Shown one piece after another: positions 1 through 9,225 of a DNA stretch of 64,000 nt. The notes under the pieces were generated by a model. That model did not search any database, was not told the DNA's origin, and worked only from the letters and a program-made list of their open reading frames with translations. How positions within the stretch are numbered: position 1 is the stretch's first letter; every line of letters begins with the position of its first letter. Made by a program: the position numbers and the translations under genes. This DNA is from Agathobacter sp. (GTDB taxonomy: Bacteria; Bacillota; Clostridia; Lachnospirales; Lachnospiraceae): assembly GCA_045641745.1 (NCBI GenBank), contig JAZUHO010000109.1:23519-87518 (forward strand), in the 5' to 3' direction.

Positions 1-2
1 AG

Positions 3-50
3 GAGAATATCTTTGATGATATTAAGATTGATTCTAAGATTGCTGCGTAG
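3..50 (+). CDS. scpA: 3' end of segregation/condensation protein A (partial)
   Basis: Frame reads ENIFDDIKIDSKIAA* and stops just upstream of scpB; resembles the ScpA C-terminus; scpA-scpB order is canonical. Confidence 0.6.
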   Translation, partial: ENIFDDIKIDSKIAA

Positions 51-65
51 AAGATAGAGGTATAG

Positions 66-638
66 ATGGAAGAGAGCAAGAATTACGAAGCGATTATTGA
101 AGCAATTCTATTTACCATGGGAGAATCGGTAGAATTAGAGAGAATTGCAAGTGCAATCGAATTGGATAAAAAGGAAACAAAAGAAATTCTCACAAGAATG
201 ATGGAACACTATCAGAATGAAGAACGTGGGATAAATTTGATTGAATTGGATGGAGCATATCAGTTATGCACTAAAACAAGTATGTATGAATATTTGATTC
301 GAATTGCGAAGCAACCAAAAAAAAGAGTTCTTACGGATGTACTTTTGGAGACTCTTTCCATCATTGCGTACAAACAGCCGGTAACCCGTGTGGAAATTGA
401 AAAAATTCGTGGCGTATCCTGCGACCATGCAGTGAGTAAATTGATAGAGTATAACCTGGTGTGTGAAGTGGGGCGTTTAGATGCTCCGGGAAGACCGCTT
501 CTCTTTGGAACAACAGAAGAATTTTTGAGAAGCTTTGGTGTTCAGTCTGTAGATGACCTTCCGGTATTAAATGCAGTTCAGATTGAAGAGTTTAAGCAAG
601 AGGCAGAAGCTGAGATGCAGGTACAACTTAATATATAG
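66..638 (+). CDS. scpB: SMC-Scp complex subunit ScpB
   Basis: IIEAILF, LETLSIIAYKQPVTRVEIEKIRGV and GRPLLFGTT motifs. Confidence 0.96.
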   Translation: MEESKNYEAIIEAILFTMGESVELERIASAIELDKKETKEILTRMMEHYQNEERGINLIELDGAYQLCTKTSMYEYLIRIAKQPKKRVLTDVLLETLSIIAYKQPVTRVEIEKIRGVSCDHAVSKLIEYNLVCEVGRLDAPGRPLLFGTTEEFLRSFGVQSVDDLPVLNAVQIEEFKQEAEAEMQVQLNI

Positions 639-639
639 A

Positions 640-668
640 GCATAGAAAGAAAATGTAAGTCATATACT
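640..668 (+). promoter_or_regulatory. SigE-like (mother cell) promoter of dacB
   Basis: gcATA-N16-CATAtacT matches the SigE consensus; B. subtilis dacB is SigE-dependent. Confidence 0.5.
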
Positions 669-680
669 TTTACGAAGAAA

Positions 681-1979
681 GTGAAGGTATGTGACTTTTT
701 TATGTGGAGAAAAAGCAGGAATTATCGTGTGAAAATAGAAATATGTGTGTTGCTTTTTGTTGGACATATATTGACATCAGCCAATTGTGTACAAATATGT
801 GCGGAAGAATTGCAAGAAAATGGAAATCAACAGGAAGCAATTTTGGAAGAAATCCCCGGAGTTAACGCAAGTGGATACTGCGTGATGGATGGGTATACGG
901 GACAAATACTTTATGGAAAAGAAGCAACAGCTCCATTGTCTAATGCAAGCACAACAAAGATTTTGACGTGCATTTTGGTGTTGGAGACAGGTCGCTTGGA
1001 AGAAGAAGTTACGTTTTCTCCCAAAGCGGCAATCGCTCCTAAAGTAGCACTAGAAGCGAAAGCAGGAGAACAATTTATATTACGTGATTTGCTCTATGCT
1101 ATGCTTTTAGAATCCTACAATGATTGTGCTGTGGCAATCGCTGAGCATATTGCAGGGAGCGTTGACTCTTTTTCTGAAGAGATGAATGCAATGGCAGCAA
1201 AAATTGGCTGTACGGATAGCTATTTTATTACACCAAATGGATTAGATGCAACAAAAGGTGAGTTGTGGCATCACGCGTCGGCAGCTGATTTGTGTAGAAT
1301 CATGAAATATTGTTGCTTTGAATCAGAAAAAGCGACAGAATTTGTCGAAATGTCGCAGACAAAACAGTATCAATTTCAAAATATGCAGGGAAAGCTTTAT
1401 CAGGTCACGAATCAAAATCCGTTTTTACAGACTCTGGATGGAATATGTGCAGGAAAAACGGGATTTACCAATGCTGCTGGCTATTGCTATGTATATGCAT
1501 GTAACAAGGAAAATTTGCGTTATACAGCAGCTGTGCTTGGAGCGGGATGGCCGCCAAATCGTAAAATTCGAAATGCGGATGTTGAAAAAATAAGTGCGAA
1601 AATGGAGGAGGAATACGAATTCTATCAAAAAGAAGTGCCGACGCATGGCATGATTGAACTAGAAAATGGATATGTACAAGGAATGGGATTGAAAACCTGG
1701 CAGACAACATTTCACTTACCGGTAAAAATAGAAGTTGATGATGCCGTGATGGAGGGATTACATAAGAAGGGACAGGATATTCAGACACATTCATATATGA
1801 GACAAATGCAGTATCCAATTGCGAAAGGACAGGTGATAGGAGCACTAACCTATCAGGGAGAGAACTGGAAACGAGAGTATAAGATTAGGAGCGAAACAGA
1901 AGTGGAATACTGGACATTTCAAAAACTGTGGAAATCCATTTTTTATCATTATATGGGATGGGAAACTAAAACAAAATAA
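681..1979 (+). CDS. dacB: D-alanyl-D-alanine carboxypeptidase (peptidase S11, DacB-like); true start may be ATG 702
   Basis: SxxK (STTK), SxN (SYN) and KTG motifs; N-terminal hydrophobic signal. Confidence 0.85.
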   Translation: MKVCDFFMWRKSRNYRVKIEICVLLFVGHILTSANCVQICAEELQENGNQQEAILEEIPGVNASGYCVMDGYTGQILYGKEATAPLSNASTTKILTCILVLETGRLEEEVTFSPKAAIAPKVALEAKAGEQFILRDLLYAMLLESYNDCAVAIAEHIAGSVDSFSEEMNAMAAKIGCTDSYFITPNGLDATKGELWHHASAADLCRIMKYCCFESEKATEFVEMSQTKQYQFQNMQGKLYQVTNQNPFLQTLDGICAGKTGFTNAAGYCYVYACNKENLRYTAAVLGAGWPPNRKIRNADVEKISAKMEEEYEFYQKEVPTHGMIELENGYVQGMGLKTWQTTFHLPVKIEVDDAVMEGLHKKGQDIQTHSYMRQMQYPIAKGQVIGALTYQGENWKREYKIRSETEVEYWTFQKLWKSIFYHYMGWETKTK

Positions 1980-1980
1980 A

Positions 1981-1998
1981 TAGTGAAAAATTTAACAA
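1981..1998. promoter_or_regulatory. Rex operator upstream of the decarboxylase operon
   Basis: TAGTGAA-AAAT-TTAACAA against the Rex consensus TTGTKAA-N4-TTMACAA (one mismatch). Confidence 0.65.
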
Positions 1999-2013
1999 AT
2001 TCTTCCAACTATA

Positions 2014-2042
2014 TTGAAATTGTAACCAAACAATTATATAAT
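2014..2042 (+). promoter_or_regulatory. SigA promoter of the decarboxylase operon
   Basis: TTGAAA-N17-TATAAT. Confidence 0.7.
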
Positions 2043-2086
2043 CACAATAGCGAAAAATTTTATTTTTTTATAGATGGAGGAAAAAA

Positions 2087-3523
2087 ATGAGTAGTAACAA
2101 TCAAAACTTAGCAATGCAGCGTATTGCTAAGCTCGTCGATGAGAACAGCTTTATGGAAATTGGTTCTCTCGTAACTGCACGTAGTACAGATTTTAATCTG
2201 AAAGCTACTGATACCCCTTCTGATGGTGTAATCATTGGACATGGATTAGTAGATGGAAATTTAGTATTCATTTATAGTCAGGATGCTTCTGTTTTAGGCG
2301 GAACTATCGGCGAAATGCATGCGAAGAAAATTGCTTCCGTTTATGACATGGCAATGAAAATGGGGGCACCTGTTGTTGGATTTATCGATTGTGGAGGACT
2401 TCGTTTACAGGAGTCTGTGGATGCGTTAGATGGCTTTGGACAGATTTATGCAAAAGAAGTTGCAGCATCCGGCATTGTTCCACAGATTTGTGGCGTGTTT
2501 GGAAACTGTGGTGGTGGACTTGCTGTAGTACCTGCTCTTTGTGATTTCGCTTTTATGGAAGAGTCTAAGGGAAAAATGTTCTTAAATTCACCAGACGCAA
2601 TTACAGGAAATCGCGTGGAAAAATGCGATACAAGTGCGGCTACTTTCCAGAGTGAAGAAAATGGTTGTATTGATGGTGTTGGCTCAGAGGATGAAGTGAT
2701 TGCACAGATGCGCGAATTGCTTATGATTCTTCCAACAAATAATGACGGTGACGTATACACGGATGAGTGTATGGACGACTTGAACCGTGTTTGCAATAGC
2801 ATGGCTGAAATGAAGGCAGATCCAAGATATCTTCTTTCAGAAATTTCAGATAGCAATGTATTTTTTGAGACAAAGAGTGCGTATGCAAAAGAGATGGTTA
2901 CTGGGTTTATCAAGTTAAATGGTATGACCGTTGGTGCAATTGCCAATGCAACTGCAAAATATGATGAAGAAGGAAATAAAGTTGAAGAATATGATAGCAC
3001 ACTTACGGCAAAAGGTTGTGAGAAGGCTGCTGAGTTTGTTCAGTTCTGTGATGCATTCTCAATTCCAGTTCTTACTCTTTCTAGTGCAAATGGCTTCTGC
3101 CCATGTGTATGTTCTGAGAAAAGACTTGCAAAAGCACTTGCAAGACTTACCTATGCGTTTGCAAATGCAACAACTGCAAAGGTTAATCTCATTACAGGAG
3201 AAGCATTTGGTACTGCATATGTAACCATGAATTCAAAATCAATCGGAGCTGATTTGGTTTATGCATGGCCAGAGGCAAAGGTAGGAATGATGGATTCTAA
3301 ACTTGCAGCTAAGATTATGTATCCAGAAGCCGATGCAAACGAACTTAGTGCAAAAGCAAAAGAGTATGAAGAACTTCAGTCAAGCGTAACAAGTGCTGCT
3401 AGAAGAGGTTATGTTGACCTTATTATTGATCCAGTAGATACAAGAAAATATCTTGTTGCTGCATTCGAGATGCTTTATACAAAATATGTAAATGAGCCAG
3501 AAAAGAAACATGGCACAAAATAA
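2087..3523 (+). CDS. acyl-CoA carboxyltransferase (MmdA/PccB/transcarboxylase 12S family), divergent
   Basis: DGVIIGHG, SQDASVLGGTIGEMH, GGLRLQE, GYVDLIIDP and C-terminal KKHG motifs. Confidence 0.88.
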   Translation: MSSNNQNLAMQRIAKLVDENSFMEIGSLVTARSTDFNLKATDTPSDGVIIGHGLVDGNLVFIYSQDASVLGGTIGEMHAKKIASVYDMAMKMGAPVVGFIDCGGLRLQESVDALDGFGQIYAKEVAASGIVPQICGVFGNCGGGLAVVPALCDFAFMEESKGKMFLNSPDAITGNRVEKCDTSAATFQSEENGCIDGVGSEDEVIAQMRELLMILPTNNDGDVYTDECMDDLNRVCNSMAEMKADPRYLLSEISDSNVFFETKSAYAKEMVTGFIKLNGMTVGAIANATAKYDEEGNKVEEYDSTLTAKGCEKAAEFVQFCDAFSIPVLTLSSANGFCPCVCSEKRLAKALARLTYAFANATTAKVNLITGEAFGTAYVTMNSKSIGADLVYAWPEAKVGMMDSKLAAKIMYPEADANELSAKAKEYEELQSSVTSAARRGYVDLIIDPVDTRKYLVAAFEMLYTKYVNEPEKKHGTK

Positions 3524-3536
3524 GAAAGGTGACAAT

Positions 3537-4274
3537 ATGAGAAAGAAAATTGCATTATTACTTAGCGTTTGCTGTATGATGCTCATGCTCGTTGCCTGTG
3601 GAACAGATCCAAAATCGGAAGATTACAATGGTAAATCCTATGATGATTTGTATCAAGCAAGTGAGGGGTGGGTTGCCGTTTTAGCAGGACATACTGTAGA
3701 CGATGTTCAGAGTGCCATTGATGGTGTTGCAGGGCAGAAGCTTACAGAGGAGCAGCGCATTCAGGTTGAATTATTTGAAAGTGGGATTTCTGCAGTAAGG
3801 GACCTGGGAGAGTTTGTTTCTATCGGAGAGTTTACAGTAGAAAAATCTGGTAATACGCTCACTACAACAGAACGCTTAGTATTTGAAGAAAGAGAAGTAG
3901 ATTTCCAAATTGTATATTCATATTACAATATGGAAGTGATAGGATACACAGTAGAACCAGTGTATTCTTTAGGCGAGAAGATGCAGAAGGCAGGAATTAA
4001 TACACTTATTTCTATGACTACGGTTTTTGGTGTACTGATTCTTATTTCATTAATTATTAGTTGCTTTAATATCTTCCCTTATCTTGAGGCCAAGAAGAAA
4101 GCACAGAAGCAGGCAAATGCTCCTGCAAAGGAATCGGTGGTATCTCAAATTGAAGCAAAAGAAGAGTTACTTACCGATGATACAGAATTGGTTGCGGTTA
4201 TTGCTGCTGCAATTGCTGCAAGTACAGGACAATCAACAACAGACTTTGTTGTTCGTTCAATAAATAGAAGATAA
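3537..4274 (+). CDS. oadG: OadG-family decarboxylase gamma subunit with N-terminal lipoprotein/extracellular domain
   Basis: Lipobox LVAC; TM segment NTLISMTTVFGVLILISLII; C-terminal ELVAVIAAAIAA..FVVRSI. Confidence 0.8.
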   Translation: MRKKIALLLSVCCMMLMLVACGTDPKSEDYNGKSYDDLYQASEGWVAVLAGHTVDDVQSAIDGVAGQKLTEEQRIQVELFESGISAVRDLGEFVSIGEFTVEKSGNTLTTTERLVFEEREVDFQIVYSYYNMEVIGYTVEPVYSLGEKMQKAGINTLISMTTVFGVLILISLIISCFNIFPYLEAKKKAQKQANAPAKESVVSQIEAKEELLTDDTELVAVIAAAIAASTGQSTTDFVVRSINRR

Positions 4275-4292
4275 TCAGGAGGATATAATCAC

Positions 4293-4661
4293 ATGAAAAG
4301 CTATACAATTACAGTAAATGGAACTGTTTATGATGTTACAGTAGAAGAGAATACAGGCGCTGCTTCAACAGCAGCTACACCAAGAAGAGCGGCAGCACCA
4401 GTAGCACCAGCAAAGGTGGCAGCACCAGCTGCATCAGGTTCTGCAGGAAGTGTAAAGATTGAGGCAGGAGCTGCAGGAAAAGTATTTAAAATCGAGAAAA
4501 ATGTTGGTGACGCAGTAAAGAAGGGTGATACTGTATTAGTACTTGAGATTATGAAAATGGAGACACCTGTTGTTGCACCAGAAGATGGTACAGTAGCAAG
4601 TATCAATGTAGCAGTTGGAGATCAGGTGGAAGCAGGTGCTTTACTTGCATCATTAAACTAA
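4293..4661 (+). CDS. biotin carboxyl carrier protein
   Basis: YTITVNG..YDVTVEE, Ala/Pro linker, EIMKMET biotinylation motif. Confidence 0.93.
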   Translation: MKSYTITVNGTVYDVTVEENTGAASTAATPRRAAAPVAPAKVAAPAASGSAGSVKIEAGAAGKVFKIEKNVGDAVKKGDTVLVLEIMKMETPVVAPEDGTVASINVAVGDQVEAGALLASLN

Positions 4662-4680
4662 TCCAAGGAGGATATATATA

Positions 4681-5829
4681 GTGAGTTACGTAGGTGAAAC
4701 ATTTCTAAACCTCCTACATCAGACAGCCTTTTTTAACCTGACTTGGGGAAATTATGTGATGATTGCAGTTGCATGCTTTTTCCTATATCTTGCAATTAAA
4801 AAAGGATACGAACCATTATTATTAGTTCCAATCGCATTCGGTATGCTTCTTGTAAATATCTATCCAGATATTATTGCAAGTCCAGAGACTACAAGTAATG
4901 GCGTAGGCGGTTTACTTTATTATTTTTATACTTTAGATGAATGGTCAATTCTTCCATCCTTGATTTTCATGGGTGTAGGCGCAATGACAGACTTTGGTCC
5001 ATTGATTGCAAATCCAATTAGTTTCCTTTTGGGAGCTGCCGCACAGTTCGGTATTTTCTCTGCATACTTCTTGGCTATTGCTCTTGGATTTAATGACAAA
5101 GCTGCAGCTGCCGTATCCATTATTGGTGGCGCAGATGGACCTACCTCTATTTTCTTGGCAGGAAAGCTAGGACAGACTGGACTTATGGGACCAATCGCAG
5201 TAGCAGCTTATTCTTACATGGCGTTAGTTCCAATTATTCAGCCACCAATTATGAAGGCTCTTACAACGAAAAAAGAGCGTCAGATTAAGATGGCAAACCT
5301 TCGTCCAGTAAGCAAATTGGAAAGAATCTTATTCCCAATTATTGTTACAATTATCGTATGTACATTACTTCCAACAACAGCCCCATTGGTTGGTATGTTG
5401 ATGCTTGGTAACCTTTTCCGTGAATCTGGTGTTGTTCGTCAGCTTCAGGTGACTGCATCAAATGCTTTGATGTACATTGTAGTTATTTTACTTGGAACTT
5501 CAGTTGGTGCTACAACTAGTGCAGAGGCATTTCTTAACATCAGTACAATCAAGATTGTTGTATTAGGTCTTGTTGCATTCATGGTGGGAACTGCAACTGG
5601 TGTACTTTTCGGAAAACTTTTATGCTATATTACCAAGGGGAAAATCAATCCACTTATTGGTTCGGCAGGTGTTTCTGCTGTACCAATGGCTGCGCGTGTT
5701 TCACAGAAGGTTGGAGTTGATGAAGATCCAACAAACTTCTTACTCATGCATGCTATGGGACCTAACGTAGCTGGTGTTATTGGAACAGCAGTTGCTGCAG
5801 GATGTTTCATGGCAATCTTTGGAATTTAG
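4681..5829 (+). CDS. oadB: Na+-translocating decarboxylase beta subunit
   Basis: EPLLLVPIAFG, IIGGADGPT, AYSYMALVP and GVSAVPMAARV motifs. Confidence 0.96.
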   Translation: MSYVGETFLNLLHQTAFFNLTWGNYVMIAVACFFLYLAIKKGYEPLLLVPIAFGMLLVNIYPDIIASPETTSNGVGGLLYYFYTLDEWSILPSLIFMGVGAMTDFGPLIANPISFLLGAAAQFGIFSAYFLAIALGFNDKAAAAVSIIGGADGPTSIFLAGKLGQTGLMGPIAVAAYSYMALVPIIQPPIMKALTTKKERQIKMANLRPVSKLERILFPIIVTIIVCTLLPTTAPLVGMLMLGNLFRESGVVRQLQVTASNALMYIVVILLGTSVGATTSAEAFLNISTIKIVVLGLVAFMVGTATGVLFGKLLCYITKGKINPLIGSAGVSAVPMAARVSQKVGVDEDPTNFLLMHAMGPNVAGVIGTAVAAGCFMAIFGI

Positions 5830-5852
5830 TGTATATTTAGGAGGAATAAACA

Positions 5853-7271
5853 ATGTCAGTAGAGACAAGACCGGTTAAAATAACCGAAACAATTCTTCGT
5901 GATGCACATCAGTCAATGATTGCAACACGTATGACAACAGAGCAGATGCTTCCAATCATAGATAAAATGGATAAAGTAGGATATCATGCAGTAGAGTGCT
6001 GGGGTGGAGCTACTTTTGATGCATCACTTCGTTTCTTGAAGGAAGATCCATGGGATCGTCTTCGCAAATTGAGAGATGGATTTAAAAACACAAAATTACA
6101 GATGTTATTCCGTGGACAGAATATTCTTGGATATCGTCCATATGCGGATGACGTAGTAGAGTATTTTGTACAGAAATCAATTGCAAATGGTATCGATATC
6201 ATTCGAATTTTTGACTGCTTGAATGATCTTCGTAACCTTCAGACAGCTGTAACTGCTACAAATAAAGAGAATGGACATGCACAGGTTGCATTATCTTATA
6301 CATTGGGTGATGCATATACTTTGGAATATTGGACTGACATGGCAAAACGTGTTCAGGAGATGGGAGCAAACTCTTTATGTATCAAGGACATGGCTGGTCT
6401 TCTTGTTCCATATAAGGCAGATGAATTGGTGCATGCGTTGAAGGAAGTTGTTGAGATTCCAATCGAACTTCATACACACTATACATCAGGTGTTGCATCT
6501 ATGACGTATATGAAAGCTGTAGAGGCAGGTTGTGACATTATCGATTCTGCAATGTCTCCATTTGCACTTGGAACGAGTCAGCCTGCAACAGAGGTAATGG
6601 TGGAAACATTCCGTGGAACACCATATGATACAGGTTTAGATCAGAATCTTCTTTCTGAAATTGCAGATTATTTTGCTCCAATGAGAGAAGAGGCTTTAAA
6701 GAGCGGACTTTTAAATCCAAAGGTTCTTGGTGTAAACATTCAGACATTACGTTATCAGGTACCAGGTGGTATGTTATCCAACATGATTTCCCAGTTAAAA
6801 GAACAGGGTGCAGAGGATAAATACGAGGAAGTATTAAAAGAGGTTCCAAGAGTTCGTAAAGACCTTGGTGAGCCACCTCTAGTAACACCTTCTTCTCAGA
6901 TTGTAGGTACACAGGCTGTATTTAACGTTCTTATGGGTGAGCGCTATAAAGTTGCTACACAGGAAACAAAGGGAATCTTGATGGGCAAATACGGACAGAC
7001 TGTTAAACCATTTAATCAGGAAGTGGTTGACAAGGTGCTTACTGATGAAGAAAAGGCTGCAGCAATCACATGCAGACCAGCTGATTTGTTAGAGCCTGAA
7101 TTGGATAAAATTGAGGCTGAAATGAAGCAGTATAAACAGCAGGATGAGGATGTGCTTTCTTATGCATTGTTCCCACAGGTTGCTACAGACTTCTTCAAAT
7201 ATCGTGAGGCACAACAGACAAAGGTTGACGCAAAAGTTGCAGATACAAAAAATGGAGCTTATCCGGTATAG
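5853..7271 (+). CDS. oadA: oxaloacetate decarboxylase alpha / pyruvate carboxyltransferase, without a biotin domain
   Basis: RDAHQS, ECWGGATFD, IKDMAG, HTH, PGGM and VTPSSQIVG motifs. Confidence 0.93.
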   Translation: MSVETRPVKITETILRDAHQSMIATRMTTEQMLPIIDKMDKVGYHAVECWGGATFDASLRFLKEDPWDRLRKLRDGFKNTKLQMLFRGQNILGYRPYADDVVEYFVQKSIANGIDIIRIFDCLNDLRNLQTAVTATNKENGHAQVALSYTLGDAYTLEYWTDMAKRVQEMGANSLCIKDMAGLLVPYKADELVHALKEVVEIPIELHTHYTSGVASMTYMKAVEAGCDIIDSAMSPFALGTSQPATEVMVETFRGTPYDTGLDQNLLSEIADYFAPMREEALKSGLLNPKVLGVNIQTLRYQVPGGMLSNMISQLKEQGAEDKYEEVLKEVPRVRKDLGEPPLVTPSSQIVGTQAVFNVLMGERYKVATQETKGILMGKYGQTVKPFNQEVVDKVLTDEEKAAAITCRPADLLEPELDKIEAEMKQYKQQDEDVLSYALFPQVATDFFKYREAQQTKVDAKVADTKNGAYPV

Positions 7272-7325
7272 CCAAGAGCGCATTGGCAAATTTGTATTGA
7301 GAAAACAATAAAACAGAATGAGAGG

Positions 7326-7363
7326 ACTGCCATATGAGTAGAGATACTTATATGGCAGTTTTT
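7326..7363 (+). terminator. rho-independent terminator of the decarboxylase operon
   Basis: ACTGCCATATGAGTA-GAGA-TACTTATATGGCAGT followed by TTTT. Confidence 0.75.
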
Positions 7364-7502
7364 CGTGCTAAAGTGCAAAGTACTCGTTGTTCTGTGAAAA
7401 TAGTATATTCGGAAAAGTTTTTGTAGGGGGCTAAGGAAATTAGCTAGGCATATCTGCAAGAAAGTGGTATAATCGCATGCGGTGAAAGAAAAAGAGGGTT
7501 GG

Positions 7503-8153
7503 ATGAAAATGAAAGCAGAACAGATTATTACAATACAGCATAGAATTATGGCATTTACGGGTGGTTTTTTCGGCGGATACGCTATTTTGACAAGAGCTGA
7601 TGTGTTTGGAAATGCTCAAACTGCCAATTTGATAGGGTTAACGCTTGCTATTACAGGGCGGAATGCAAAGGAAGTGCTATGTCGGATATTTTGTTTGTTA
7701 CTTTATATTTTTGGCACTGCACTTTATACACTCATGGTACATAGGACAAATTGGAATGTGAAGCGAATTGCGGTCGGAATTGATGCGATTTGTGCCGTGC
7801 TTTTAATTTATATGCCTAGAGAACTTCCAATCATTGTAACGTTATATCCAATTGCATTTGCCATGTCTTTTCAATGGAATGCTTTTCCGGGAAATTATGG
7901 ATATATCAGTTCAACTATTTTTTCTACGAACAATACCAAGCAAGCGACCATCTCTATGGTAGAATACATTCTTTCTAAGGATAGAGCTAAGTTACATCGT
8001 TCTCTATTCTTTATGGGCAGCCTATTATGGTTTCATCTTGGCGTTGCCTATGCATGGCTTGGAGTAAGATACATGGAATGGTATGCGACACTTTTGCTGT
8101 TTCCTGCATTGGTGTTGGGCTGGGTGGCATCGAAAAAAAGTGACAAGGATTAA
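7503..8153 (+). CDS. YoaK/DUF1275 family membrane protein
   Basis: GG..GGYA, F.NAQTANL, ST.F.TNN motifs; multiple TM helices. Confidence 0.75.
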   Translation: MKMKAEQIITIQHRIMAFTGGFFGGYAILTRADVFGNAQTANLIGLTLAITGRNAKEVLCRIFCLLLYIFGTALYTLMVHRTNWNVKRIAVGIDAICAVLLIYMPRELPIIVTLYPIAFAMSFQWNAFPGNYGYISSTIFSTNNTKQATISMVEYILSKDRAKLHRSLFFMGSLLWFHLGVAYAWLGVRYMEWYATLLLFPALVLGWVASKKSDKD

Positions 8154-8301
8154 AAATGCAGGAAATTATTCATAATATAGTGCATTTCATAGTGCACTAT
8201 TGGAAAAAATGAAAGAAAACTGTTATAATAACGTTGGATTTTTTATAAGAAAAATGGCGACGAAATTGGTGAGATAGAACTACTAGGGCATGAGGTGAAG
8301 A

Positions 8302-9225
8302 ATGAGCAACACGAACGAATTGTTGAATCGAATTAATAATGCATACAGTGGGATGAGTAAAGGCCAAAAACTTTTGGCAACCTATATAACAGATAATTAT
8401 GATAAGGCAGTGTTTCTTACCGCAGCGAAAATGGGAGAAACGGTTGGCGTAAGTGAATCGACGGTTGTTCGTTTTGCGACGCACTTGGGGTACAAGGGAT
8501 ATCCAGAATTCCAAAATGCATTGGAAGAATTGGTGCGTAATAAATTGAATTCTGTGGAACGCATGGAAGTTACCTACGGAAGAATTAGCCAGTCACAAAT
8601 TTTAGAGACGATATTACAATCGGATCAGGACAAGATAAAAACAACCTTAGAAAAAATAGACCATAACGCATTTGAACTTGCAGTGGATACCATTCTTTCT
8701 GCGAAACACATCTATGTTGTAGGAATTCGAAGCTGTGCAAGTCTTGCAAGCTTTCTCGCTTTTTATCTAAATCTCATGTTTGAAGATGTGCATCTTTTGA
8801 CTACCAATAGTTCAAGTGAATTGTTTGAGCAGATGGTTCGTATTGATGAAGAGGATGTTATTATCGGAATCAGTTTTCCTCGATATTCAATGAGAACCTT
8901 GAAGGCTCTTGAATTTGCCAATAATCGCAATGCAAAGGTGATTACGATTACAGATAGTATCCATTCACCTATGAATTTGTATTCTTCCTGCAATTTGATT
9001 GCAGATAGTGATATGGCATCCATTGTAGATTCCTTGGTGGCACCGCTTAGTGTTATTAATGCATTGGTTGTTGCACTCTGCATGAAGAATCAAAAAGAAG
9101 TTGCGAAGACATTAACGACACTTGAAGAGATATGGGATGAATATCAGGTATATGAAAGTGATGAGATAAATTATATCGATGATTCTATTAAGATGCGATA
9201 TGCAAAGTTAGAGGAAGCAGATTAA
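8302..9225 (+). CDS. MurR/RpiR family transcriptional regulator
   Basis: HTH VSESTVVRFA..LGY.GY and SIS domain (ISFPRYS, ITDS). Confidence 0.93.
   Translation: MSNTNELLNRINNAYSGMSKGQKLLATYITDNYDKAVFLTAAKMGETVGVSESTVVRFATHLGYKGYPEFQNALEELVRNKLNSVERMEVTYGRISQSQILETILQSDQDKIKTTLEKIDHNAFELAVDTILSAKHIYVVGIRSCASLASFLAFYLNLMFEDVHLLTTNSSSELFEQMVRIDEEDVIIGISFPRYSMRTLKALEFANNRNAKVITITDSIHSPMNLYSSCNLIADSDMASIVDSLVAPLSVINALVVALCMKNQKEVAKTLTTLEEIWDEYQVYESDEINYIDDSIKMRYAKLEEAD

Noticed and set aside
8177-8200. Inverted repeat ATAGTGCA...TGCACTAT upstream of rpiR
   Set aside because: Could be a weak terminator or an operator; a single instance with no supporting context
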